A stretch of DNA of 64,000 nucleotides from an uncultured Spirochaetota bacterium (lineage in GTDB: Bacteria > Spirochaetota > Brevinematia > Brevinematales > JAOACQ01). The stretch spans positions 96,001 to 160,000 of the forward strand of contig CAWAOD010000011.1 of NCBI GenBank assembly GCA_963783575.1, given 5' to 3'. A program made the position numbers and the translations under genes. Of the stretch, positions 21,746-30,844 are shown piece by piece. Position 1 is the stretch's first letter. Each line of letters begins with the position of its first letter. The notes beneath the pieces are model-generated. The model searched no databases and had not been told where the DNA came from. It saw only the letters and a program-made list of their open reading frames with translations.

Positions 21746-22358
21746 CGATCCTCCTGATGTTATTAGGTAAAAAAGCGGGAATAAAAATATCCAGATTATA
21801 TCAACCAGATGCCAGTAAAGTCCAGCGTTTTCAAGGAATATAGGACGCTGTGAATTAATTTTTCCTTTCCTCAGCCATGTATAAATAACCGAAAGTACGC
21901 CTATTCCAACTATTACATGCAATGCGTGGAGTCCTGTCATCATAAAATACAGCCCGAAGTATAAAATCTCACCTTTCGGTCCTGAGAGGAGCGACGAGGC
22001 GCCCGGATATAGGCCATGCTCGAAATTTCTCGGTCCACTCGAATGCCTTTACAACAAGAAAAGCGAGGGCAAAACCTATAGTTGCAAGCAGAAATATTTG
22101 AGATCTGACCGGTTTTTTTTCCTTATTTGAAAGTATTGAAAGCGCCGCAAAGAGGCTGCTCGTAATTAGAATACAGGTATTTAGAGTGCCGTCGAAGCGT
22201 GAAAGCTTCATTGAGGCATTATGGAAGTCCGCCGGGTTTTTAAACCGGTACATGGAATAAAGCAGAAAAAGCCCGCCGAAAAGAAGAACTTCGGTTGAGA
22301 TAAACAGCCATATTCCTACTTTCCCGTCGGAACGAGGTTCATTATTTTCGGCGCTCAT
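21746..22358 (-). CDS. ctaE: Cytochrome c oxidase subunit III (frameshifted)
   Basis: GIWLFISTEVLLFGGLF in ORF 21969-22358; MTGLHALHV...GLYWHLVDIIWIFLFPLFY in ORF 21428-21943. Confidence 0.85.
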
Positions 22359-23998
22359 TATATTTCTCCTTTATTTCCGAAATCATATGGGCCTTTTGTT
22401 ATAACAGGGATTTCAATAAAATCTTCCGATGCCGGAGGCGACGGCAGAGTCCATTCAAGCGTTGCGCCTCCCCATGGGATTGGAGGGAGCCTTTTTGCCT
22501 TTAAATACGCCGCGGATAAGATTGGCCGCCATCAAAAAAAGTCCCGTGACCATGATAAACGATCCGATGCTCGCGAGCAGGTGCAGGTCATTGTACTGCG
22601 GCAGATAATCGATAATATCGCCGCGGCATTCCCTGCCATCCTAGAATGAACATCGGAAAATAGAAAAGATTGAATCCGATAAACAAGTATCAGCCAGGCC
22701 ACGACCGCGCGTCGTTTTATCGTACATTTTCCCGGTCATCTTGGGAAGCCAGTAATGGAATGCCGCGAACAGGCCGAAACCCATTCCGCCGAAGATCACA
22801 TAATGAAAATGCCCGACAACAAAATAGGTGTTATGGAGCTGCACATTGGGCGAAAGCGCTCCGAGGAAAAGCCCGGTAAGGCCGCCGATGGAAAAGAGAA
22901 AGATGAACGAAAGCGCATAGAGAAACGGCGGCTCTACCTGGATCGAACCCTTATACATTGTGGCGAGCCAGTTGAACACCTTGATCGCGCTGGGAACGGC
23001 GACAAGAAATGTGAGAAATGAAAATATGATTCCTGCCAGTATCGCTCTGGCCGCTCACGATACATATGGTGCCCCCAGACAAGAGAGCCGACGCTTGCTA
23101 TCGCAAGGCTCGAAAAGGCGATCATTTTATAACCGTAAATGTTTTTTCTCGAGAATACGGGGAAAATATCCGAAATCACGCCCATTGCCGGAAGGATCAT
23201 AATGTAAACGGCCGGATGGGAGTAGATCCAGAAAAGATGCTGGTACAAGAAGCGGGTCGCCTCCCTTTGCCGGATCAAAAACGCCGATTCCGAAGATCCG
23301 TTCCATGACTACAAGGAGCATTGTGATGCCGATGATCGGCGTCGCAAGGATCTGCACCCATGCTGTGGCAATAAAAGCCCCAGACCGAAAGAGGCATTTT
23401 GAAAAAGCCCATACCGGGCGCCCGCAGCTGGTGAACCGTCGTGACAATATTGATTCCGGTAAGGATCGAGGACATACCAAGGATGAAAACGGCAGAAAGT
23501 CGCGAGCGGAACATTGACAGTTGTCTTGAGGCTGAACGGCACATAAAAAGTCCAGCCCGTATCGACCGCGCCGCCGCCGAAAAAATGGAGATCAGGGCCA
23601 GCACCGCGCCGGTAATATACAGATACCAGGTGAAAAGATTGAGCCGCGGGAAAGCCATGTCCCGGCTGCCGATAAGGATCGGCAGAAAAAAATTTCCGAA
23701 AATGGTTGGTACAGCCGGGATAACAACAAGAAAAATCTGGATGATCCCATGGAGCGTGAACATCGCATTGTACTGCTGCGCCGTCATGATCTTGATTCCG
23801 GGAATCATATTGATCCGCATCAGCACGCCGAGGATAACCGCTGCGGTGAAAAAGGTAAGAACTGAAACAAGATAGAGAATGCCGATCCGTTTGTGATCGG
23901 TTGAAAGGATCCATCCGAAAATACCCGGGATATTTACCTTTATCGGCAAAATAAGGGATATATTCATGCGTAGCTTCAGTATCGACTTGTCCGGCCAT
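22358..23998 (-). CDS. ctaD: Cytochrome c oxidase subunit I (type A2), broken by several frameshifts
   Basis: Fragments [64 protein letters not shown] 23998 overlaps the SCO stop; TAA at 22358-22360. Confidence 0.9.
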
Positions 23999-24852
23999 CA
24001 GCTTCCTCCTCTTACACGGCGTTTTTTCCCGGAAATAATTAGATATATAACAAAGATTCCCACAAGCGTAAAAATCACGGTCGCACTGACCCGCAGGGTA
24101 TTGAAAACGATACTGGTGGCTTTTAGGGTTATAGCTGAAGCAGAAGCGCAGTACTCTGGCGATTGTCGGCATGCACTGTTCCGGATGAAGCCTCCATAAG
24201 CGACATCGTCAGATCGATCAGGGAGAAAATCGGTGCCCATAATGTAGCGGACAACTTTTCCCTGAGGTGAAAGGATGATCAGTCCGATCGGATGGTCGAA
24301 ATCATCGCCTTTTTTAACAAAATGGAATCCGACAGCTTCGGTTAGTTTTTTGATGCTTTCCTTGCTTCCTGTCAGGAAATGCCATTTATCGGCCGGAAAC
24401 GGTGTTTGAATTGCTTCAAAGGCTATATTCTTCGCTTTTATCGCATCATTGGTTGTTTCCGTTTCGTCTATTGTAATTGTGAGAAGGTTTGGTTCCGAAC
24501 CTTGCTTGTCATTATAAGACCTCAGCACACTTGCGATACCGGTTAAAAGATAGTCGCAGGCGTTCGGGCATTTATAATAAACAAGCGATAAAATTGTCGG
24601 CCCAATGATGAAATCTTTTAATTTCGTTGAAGAACCGTTTTCACCGGTAAAAACAAGGTCAAGAGGAACATAAACTCCGGGCTTTTCATCGAATCCAGGT
24701 TCCTGTGAACTATCTGTTTGAACAGAATCAATTCTATTTACTTGATTTGTAATTTTTTCGGCAGGCAGCTGTACGGCCGATATTATCAGGATTAAGATTG
24801 CCATTCCGTAAATCGATAAGTTATTTTTATTATTTTTGAGAATATTTTTCAT
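23998..24852 (-). CDS. SCO family copper chaperone (local frameshifts near 24120-24220)
   Basis: Signal peptide, YYKCPNAC, DHP, C-terminal TM; the expected ARVLRFCFSYNP segment lies in another frame. Confidence 0.85.
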   Translation of the reverse strand: MKNILKNNKNNLSIYGMAILILIISAVQLPAEKITNQVNRIDSVQTDSSQEPGFDEKPGVYVPLDLVFTGENGSSTKLKDFIIGPTILSLVYYKCPNACDYLLTGIASVLRSYNDKQGSEPNLLTITIDETETTNDAIKAKNIAFEAIQTPFPADKWHFLTGSKESIKKLTEAVGFHFVKKGDDFDHPIGLIILSPQGKVVRYIMGTDFLPDRSDDVAYGGFIRNSACRQSPEYCASASAITLKATSIVFNTLRVSATVIFTLVGIFVIYLIISGKKRRVRGGS

Positions 24853-24996
24853 ATCATTTCCTCCTGTTATTAAACTCCCCCTTTGGGGACGGGGGGATTT
24901 TTCTTCATATTCCAAAATATATTCAATATTCCTCTAACCCCCGTGTCATTCCGATTCCTTCTACTTGTTGTTCTTGTATTCAGGATGGAACAATTT

Positions 24997-25730
24997 TTAC
25001 CAATTTTTAGCCATAGCTTTTACATAATTGTATAGAGCCTCTGCCTGTGTGTCGCTGATTTCCCGGGTTGAAAACGGGGGCATTTGTCCGGCCGAACCGT
25101 CCGGCATTTTCGGATTTCTAATGAAGCTGACGAATAAAGTCTTATCGGACAACTTTTCCGATGTTTTTAAAGGCAGCTTATGAACTATTAAGTTGCCTCC
25201 CTTTGGATGGCAAGCCTGGCAATCGGCTGTAAAAACAGCCTGTCCTCCTGAATTGAGATCGGGCGGAGCAGTTTTTGAAGCATTGGGGGAAGTTTCTTCA
25301 GGCCCCTTCCGTAGATCAGCCCCGCGCCGAAATAACCCAGGCCGATTGCGCAGATGAAGGCCAGGACCAATAGAACCGTCATTGTCATTGAGTGGATTTT
25401 TATCTCGCTTCCGAGAATGATACCGGCCCCGAGAATAATTATTACAGCAGTTGCAAGTACCATTTTAATTTTAATCGGCGTTATCAGCGCCGCATGATAG
25501 AAATGAATCCAGTCCAGAACGCCGAGTATGATCGTCGGGAAAGCGAAAATAAAAGCAAGGATTGACACATGCCGGGCTGTAAGAATTAGATTCTTACGTT
25601 TGAAAATTACGGCTACCAGGAAAAATATCAAGGCCCCGGTAACAAGGCCTATAGGCATATGTGTGATTGGGGGATGCAGGGGTTCGTCAAAACCGATATT
25701 TGCCAAAAACCTGTATAAGTCATCTATCAT
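24997..25730 (-). CDS. DUF2231-like membrane protein fused to cytochrome c (frameshift near 25290)
   Basis: PLHPPITHMPIG and 4 TMs; manual translation of another frame gives GQAVFTADCQACHPKGGN...QMPPFS...LYNYV ending at TAA 24997. Confidence 0.75.
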
Positions 25731-26009
25731 TACCAGCCTCCGAAATATTATATTATCATAATTGAGAAATATGGATTATAAAAATTGAAGTAAATACTCA
25801 ACCGCATAAACAGATATTTCGTTTATTTTTAACCACTAATTACACTAATTAATCCGGAATATATTAATTATTGTAATTTGCGGCGAATAAAGTTTATCTG
25901 TTCATAATATATAGCGGCTGATTAGATTCGAATTAAAATATATTACTAAATAACAGGATTAATGTCAATATATATTATTAAATTTACTTTATTTTCTTTT
26001 TAAGCTTTT

Positions 26010-26131
26010 CAAGCGTGCCCCTTTAGTTCGGCAGGCTCACTATAAACTAGCTCAGGGCAGGCTGCTTGACCCGGGTGTAGATTCCTTACGCAACAAAGTT
26101 GCGTATAGCTCTGTGGAGTTTATTCCGAGCA
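26010..26131. repeat. Dispersed palindromic repeat, copy C
   Basis: CAAGCGTGCCC start, nested TTCGGCAGGCTCA motif, 33-bp core at 26078-26110. Confidence 0.9.
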
Positions 26132-26301
26132 GAACCTGCCTTGAGGATTTTTTATTAATATTTTTCTAATTTATTGCGTTTTTACCTGCCATTTATTATA
26201 ATTCTCACTAATTCAGATAAACAAAATCGTACTTTCCGGCAGGCGGAATCATAAGCCATATAATAAGGGATGCGATAAAATAAATCGGTAAGGAGATTTT
26301 T

Positions 26302-27210
26302 ATGTCTTTAAAAGACCGTATTAGAAAGATCGTTTACCACGAAATTGCGGATTTAATCATGGTTCTGATCATCATCTTTTCAACTCTTTTTCTAATTATT
26401 GAACTGGCTTTTAATTTTACACCGGGAGTAAGAAATATACTCGATAGAATCGACTTATTTATATTATGTATTTTCCTCTTGGAATTTTTAACCAAGCTTT
26501 TTCTGGACGGGGGCAAGTATTTTATTAAAAACTATGGCTGGATTGATTTACTGGCGACTATCCCCATTCTTCTTCCGGTTACCAACTTTATTGTCCTCCA
26601 GTTGAGCGCCGCTTTTATAATCAACAAAGGAACTGTTGATATCCTGCAGACATTCCGGGTAGTCAGGATAATCAGAATTATTCGGGTGGTCAGAATACTT
26701 CGTATTGTACGTCTACTTAAGCTTATACATCATATTGAGAAGAAAAATGCCCCGTCCGGAGAGTATACGGGACCTTCCCTGAATATTCCCGCTGTTACTA
26801 TACTTATTGTTGTCCTGATATCCTATTCGGCAATTTTATTCCAGGAGACTACTATTGTCAGCAAAGAAACGGCAAATACTAAAATTCTGCTTAATACTTT
26901 AACATCTGATAATATTGAACAGGTTTTTAAAATGAACCAGAATTTTATTTTACTTTTAACCGGTATTGATAAGGATTTAGCAATAAAAAGAAAAATGTCT
27001 GACGAAGATATCCGTAAAAACTTCAGGAAAGATGAAATTCTGTCGGTATATATGGATTCCGGGGCAGTGGCCTTAGTATCGATCAAACCGCAGATAAGTC
27101 TCCTCAGGGTTCAGGAACTTTTTCTTATAGCTAATATTGTAATCCTTCTCTGCAGTTATATTCTTTATGCCAATAAAATCAGATCAAAAATAGCCGGAGT
27201 TGCAAAATGA
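26302..27210 (+). CDS. Ion_trans-like voltage-sensor domain protein with no recognisable pore
   Basis: S2 IFLLEFLTK, S3 WIDLLATIP, S4 RVVRIIRIIRVVRILRIVRLLK; no TVGYG-type filter. Confidence 0.75.
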   Translation: MSLKDRIRKIVYHEIADLIMVLIIIFSTLFLIIELAFNFTPGVRNILDRIDLFILCIFLLEFLTKLFLDGGKYFIKNYGWIDLLATIPILLPVTNFIVLQLSAAFIINKGTVDILQTFRVVRIIRIIRVVRILRIVRLLKLIHHIEKKNAPSGEYTGPSLNIPAVTILIVVLISYSAILFQETTIVSKETANTKILLNTLTSDNIEQVFKMNQNFILLLTGIDKDLAIKRKMSDEDIRKNFRKDEILSVYMDSGAVALVSIKPQISLLRVQELFLIANIVILLCSYILYANKIRSKIAGVAK

Positions 27211-27890
27211 GAAAAACAATCTTTTTAATCATTCTTTTTATAATAACGAACAGCATCTACACTCAAAATAATAACGGCGCTATCGATTCGGCTTCGATAT
27301 CGCAATGGACATTTCTAGCGCAAAAACCTGAAATTGAAAACAAGCAGAAAGCACTGGATAGTGTAAGCACAATAATCGCTAAAGTCTCGAAGGATGATAC
27401 CAATATCATTGGAATTCTGGAATACCTTGGGGGCAGCGGAACTGTCAGCCAAATAATATCGACTAACGGTGGATATACCATACGCGCGGAGAGTGTAAGA
27501 ATGTTAGCGGCAATCGGTGGCGGCAAAGCCAGGGACAGCATTATAAAAATCTTGTTGAATGAGAATAAGGATAAAAACGGTGGAAATAGCTATGTTTACA
27601 GTACCTGCTTTTTATCCCTGTCAAAACTGGGGGATGATGATAATTATAAGGTTTCTATTGCTATTGTTACCGCATACAACCAGATCGGCAGTAAAAAGGA
27701 TAATGAGAGGGTTCTTTTGGATTTTATAAGCGCAGTGCGGCAATTATCCAAAGATAAATCCCTGGCAATTGATGTAAAAATTGGTTTTGCCCGAGCTATA
27801 TATGAACTGACAGATGACAAGAATAACACATCCCATGTTGTAAAGGATGCGAAAAAGTGTATGACGGAGATGATGGCGAACGAGGTATAA
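27207..27890 (+). CDS. Exported HEAT-repeat-like protein
   Basis: Signal peptide; IRAESVRMLAAIGG and LSLSKLG helical repeats; ATGA overlap with the upstream gene. Confidence 0.6.
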   Translation: MRKTIFLIILFIITNSIYTQNNNGAIDSASISQWTFLAQKPEIENKQKALDSVSTIIAKVSKDDTNIIGILEYLGGSGTVSQIISTNGGYTIRAESVRMLAAIGGGKARDSIIKILLNENKDKNGGNSYVYSTCFLSLSKLGDDDNYKVSIAIVTAYNQIGSKKDNERVLLDFISAVRQLSKDKSLAIDVKIGFARAIYELTDDKNNTSHVVKDAKKCMTEMMANEV

Positions 27891-27894
27891 CTTT

Positions 27895-28524
27895 TCATCT
27901 TTTACCGATGATTTTACCGGGGTTGCCGGCAACTGTTGAATTGGAGGGCACATCTTTTGTTACAATTGATCCGGCTCCAATTATTGAGTATTCTCCCAGT
28001 GTTACAGAGACCAGTATTTTGGCACCGGCTCCGATGACCGTATGGCTGCCTACTGTCGGATGACGTTTTCCTGCCAGTATTCCGCCTTTGCTCCCAAGAG
28101 TAACCTGATGGAAAATCAGCACATCCTCTCCGATTTCAGCCGTTTCACCTATCACCACACCGTTTCCATGGTCAATAAAAAATCCACCGCCTATTTTTGC
28201 TCCCGGGTGGATTTCAATTCCAGTTAAAAACCGGGATAATTGTGAAATTATTCTTGGAATCAAAGGAATTTCTAAACTATTTAAAAAATAAGCAATCCTG
28301 TGGAAAAAAACAGCCCAGATTCCGGCATAGGTTGCCAATTCGAGAAAACTAAGGATTTTTCCCCTTAAAGCAGGGTCTTTTTTGTAGGCGGCTGCTATGT
28401 CTGAAAATATGTAACCCAATTGGCCGAATCCGAATTTCAATCTCTCAAAATATCCGTTTTTAGCTGATTGCAAGACTTTTTTAGTTGAGTAAAAGGTGCA
28501 GCAATTTAAAGAACTATCATTCAT
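27895..28524 (-). CDS. cysE: Serine O-acetyltransferase
   Basis: [33 protein letters not shown]. Confidence 0.93.
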   Translation of the reverse strand: MNDSSLNCCTFYSTKKVLQSAKNGYFERLKFGFGQLGYIFSDIAAAYKKDPALRGKILSFLELATYAGIWAVFFHRIAYFLNSLEIPLIPRIISQLSRFLTGIEIHPGAKIGGGFFIDHGNGVVIGETAEIGEDVLIFHQVTLGSKGGILAGKRHPTVGSHTVIGAGAKILVSVTLGEYSIIGAGSIVTKDVPSNSTVAGNPGKIIGKR

Positions 28525-28564
28525 AAAACTCTCCTATGTAATTTGTCAAGTTTTATTTTAAGAT

Positions 28565-29575
28565 TCAAGCCTCAGATTTCAGATTCAACAACTTATAATA
28601 TACTTCCACAATAATTTTTCTCGCTACTGCAATGATCGCTTTTTGTTTTCCTCTTCTTGTTCGAATATTCTCATAAAACGATTTCATTTCTTTATCATAT
28701 CTCACACGAACCCAGGCTGCTTGTACTATGACCCTTAAAAAAGCACCGTCTACTTTTCGTGTAATTTGACCATTTGTTCCTTTTCCGTCACTTTCACTAA
28801 CTCTTGGTGCTAATCCCATATATGATACAAATTTTTTTGAGGTACTAAAGCGGTCTATATTGCCTACCTTCGTTATGATGTATGCGCCGGTTGTTGTGCC
28901 TATTCCCGTTAATTCTTTAATCTCATTATATCCGGGTCTCTTTATGCTTAAGGCTTCTGTTTCTTTATCCAGTACCTTAATGTCTTCTTTGAGATTTTCT
29001 AACATAACATACATCTGGATTACGGCTCTCTTTATACTCTCAGGTATGTTTTGTTCTTTGACCCAGTTTGTGTTCTTTTCAAAATTGTTGAACATTTTGT
29101 CTCCGGTTTTAATCCCCCAATACTCCATCATCGCTATTATCTTTGTCTTATAGCTTTTCTTATTGCTAACCATTTCTTCCCTCACAGATAATAATCCTCT
29201 TATTTCAGCGTCTTCGTCGCTTCTTATCTGACAGGTACTTAGCTCTTCTTTTTCAAATCTTTGTAATATAATCGCCATTCTTTCTGCATCTTCCTTGTCT
29301 GTTTTTTTAAATCGATCCATTAATCTTTTTAAATCAATAGTATTGAAAATAACCGCATCTTTTGCTTTATCTTTTAACCGTTTGATTAAATCCCATGTCC
29401 AGTTTGTCGATTCAATCCTGATTATCGTTTCTTTGTCAATCTCTTTCTCAAATTCCGCTAATTCTTTTTAATTTCTCTCATATTGCTTGATTGATTTTTT
29501 ACCGTTTTCTATAATAATGCAAACGGTAATTTGCTTTTTGTGGATATCAATTCCGATCCACTTTTTTGCGTCCAT
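28565..29575 (-). pseudogene. IS110 DEDD recombinase with in-frame TAA at codon 36
   Basis: MDAKKWIGIDIHK...(TAA 29468-29470)...IRIEST...KTDKEDA (RuvC-like D/E/D/D), TGIG, YMGLAPRVSESDG, AIIAVARK; same frame as ORF 28565-29320. Confidence 0.9.
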
Positions 29576-29631
29576 CGTTTTCCTCCCTAATTTATTTGGG
29601 AGGCCTGAATCTTTTAGTGGTATATTAATCC

Positions 29632-29796
29632 GGTTGAAAAATTACCATACTCCAATACGAGGTTTATCCTCAAAATGGTGGTTCGGACAAGGATTCGATC
29701 ATACTCCTAACGGGGTTTATCCCCACAAATTGATTCGATCTTTGTCCTATTCAGAGCCCTCATCTATTTTGATGCGGGCTCTTTTATTTTTCAACC
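29632..29796 (+). ncRNA. Candidate IS110 bridge RNA (strand inferred)
   Basis: 11-bp closing stem GGTTGAAAAAT/ATTTTTCAACC encloses two similar internal-loop stem-loops plus a third hairpin; loop segments match the IS junction sequences. Confidence 0.65.
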
Positions 29797-29836
29797 TTTT
29801 TTATCATACCACCTCCTCTAATTTTTATTCATATTG

Positions 29837-30844
29837 TCAAAACCCCAGCAAATTAAGTACATCTTTTTCCGGGTGACGGTTTATTCCCTGATAAGGGTAA
29901 CAATGGATATGAAGCGCCGGGTTGAAATTCAGTTCTATTACGGCATAATTATTTTCATCGGGTTTTTCATTGATGTCCCTGATTATTATATCCGCTCCGC
30001 AGATTATAGCTCTAACGGCTTTTGTCGCTTTTAACGCAATTTCCTTGTACTCTTCCCGAATTTTATCAGTAAAATCGATACTGTCCCCTCCGGTGCTGAT
30101 ATTGGAATTATTTCTTAAAAAAACCTGTTCATTTTTGTCCGGAACTGTAAGGATGCTTTTTCCCTGATTCTTAATAAAATCTTTTTCAACCCTGCCGAGC
30201 CTAATCTTTTCCAGCGGTGTTTTATATCCTTTTCCCCTGAGAGGATTGCTGTTTTTAATGACGGCCAGTTCTTTAATATTATGAACACCGTCGCCTGTAA
30301 CATTTGCCGGTACCCTGTGAAGAATACCGGGAACTTTTTCTCCGATTACAAGGAACCTGTATTCCCTTCCCGGTATATATTCTTCCGCAATCACCGATGA
30401 GTCATTTTTGAATGCATTTTCTAGTCCTTTATGATATTCTTCAAATGAAAATCCCTTCTTTAAAATGTTTACACCGATTCCAAAGTTTGTTTTATTGGGT
30501 TTAATGACAATTTCCATATTTCTGAAAAATTCAAAATCCTTTAATGCCTTTTTCAGGGTTGTATATAATTTTCCATGAGGAACCCTGACGCTATTTTCCT
30601 CCAAAATTTTCTTTGTAACATATTTATTTTCCATAATCAAAGGAACTATATAAGAATCCGCTGAAGTTCTTGTTGCCTGTTTTACATATTCGGTTTTTGT
30701 CCCTTTGGTCAACCGGATAAAATTATCTTCTGCATCCAGGATTTCCGTTTCAATATTCCTGCTAATAGCTTCCCTGATAAGAACCTGCGTCGACAGCTCA
30801 AGGTTACGAAATTTTTTTTCGAGTGTATTCATAATCCACTCCAT
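29837..30844 (-). CDS. ATP-grasp glutathione synthetase domain of GshF/GshAB type, standalone
   Basis: LELSTQ, EYVKQATRTSAD, VIKPNKTNFGIG, RVPANVTGDG, SNISTGGDSID, IELNFNP; likely start 30832. Confidence 0.85.
   Translation of the reverse strand: MEWIMNTLEKKFRNLELSTQVLIREAISRNIETEILDAEDNFIRLTKGTKTEYVKQATRTSADSYIVPLIMENKYVTKKILEENSVRVPHGKLYTTLKKALKDFEFFRNMEIVIKPNKTNFGIGVNILKKGFSFEEYHKGLENAFKNDSSVIAEEYIPGREYRFLVIGEKVPGILHRVPANVTGDGVHNIKELAVIKNSNPLRGKGYKTPLEKIRLGRVEKDFIKNQGKSILTVPDKNEQVFLRNNSNISTGGDSIDFTDKIREEYKEIALKATKAVRAIICGADIIIRDINEKPDENNYAVIELNFNPALHIHCYPYQGINRHPEKDVLNLLGF

Larger units (their letters stand above)
28531..29817 (-). mobile_element. IS110-family insertion sequence
   Basis: CTCCT at both junctions (28531-28535, 29813-29817); joining the ends gives TTGACA-N17-TATGAT; no terminal IRs; 5' non-coding end of about 240 nt. 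Confidence 0.85.

Noticed and set aside
21428..21943. Genuine subunit III-IV fusion protein
   Set aside because: Subunit IV keeps its own GGAGGA RBS and ATG, and the region is frameshift-rich, so a fusion cannot be supported.
7697..26110. 33-bp palindromic repeat as a CRISPR repeat
   Set aside because: Copies are about 9 kb apart with no spacer periodicity and no cas genes.
29468..29470. In-frame TAA in the IS110 recombinase as stop-codon reassignment
   Set aside because: TAA terminates many intact genes in this window; a single nonsense change is the simpler explanation.
29487..29876. Plus-strand 129-aa ORF
   Set aside because: Overlaps the IS110 recombinase 5' end and the structured non-coding end; no protein features.
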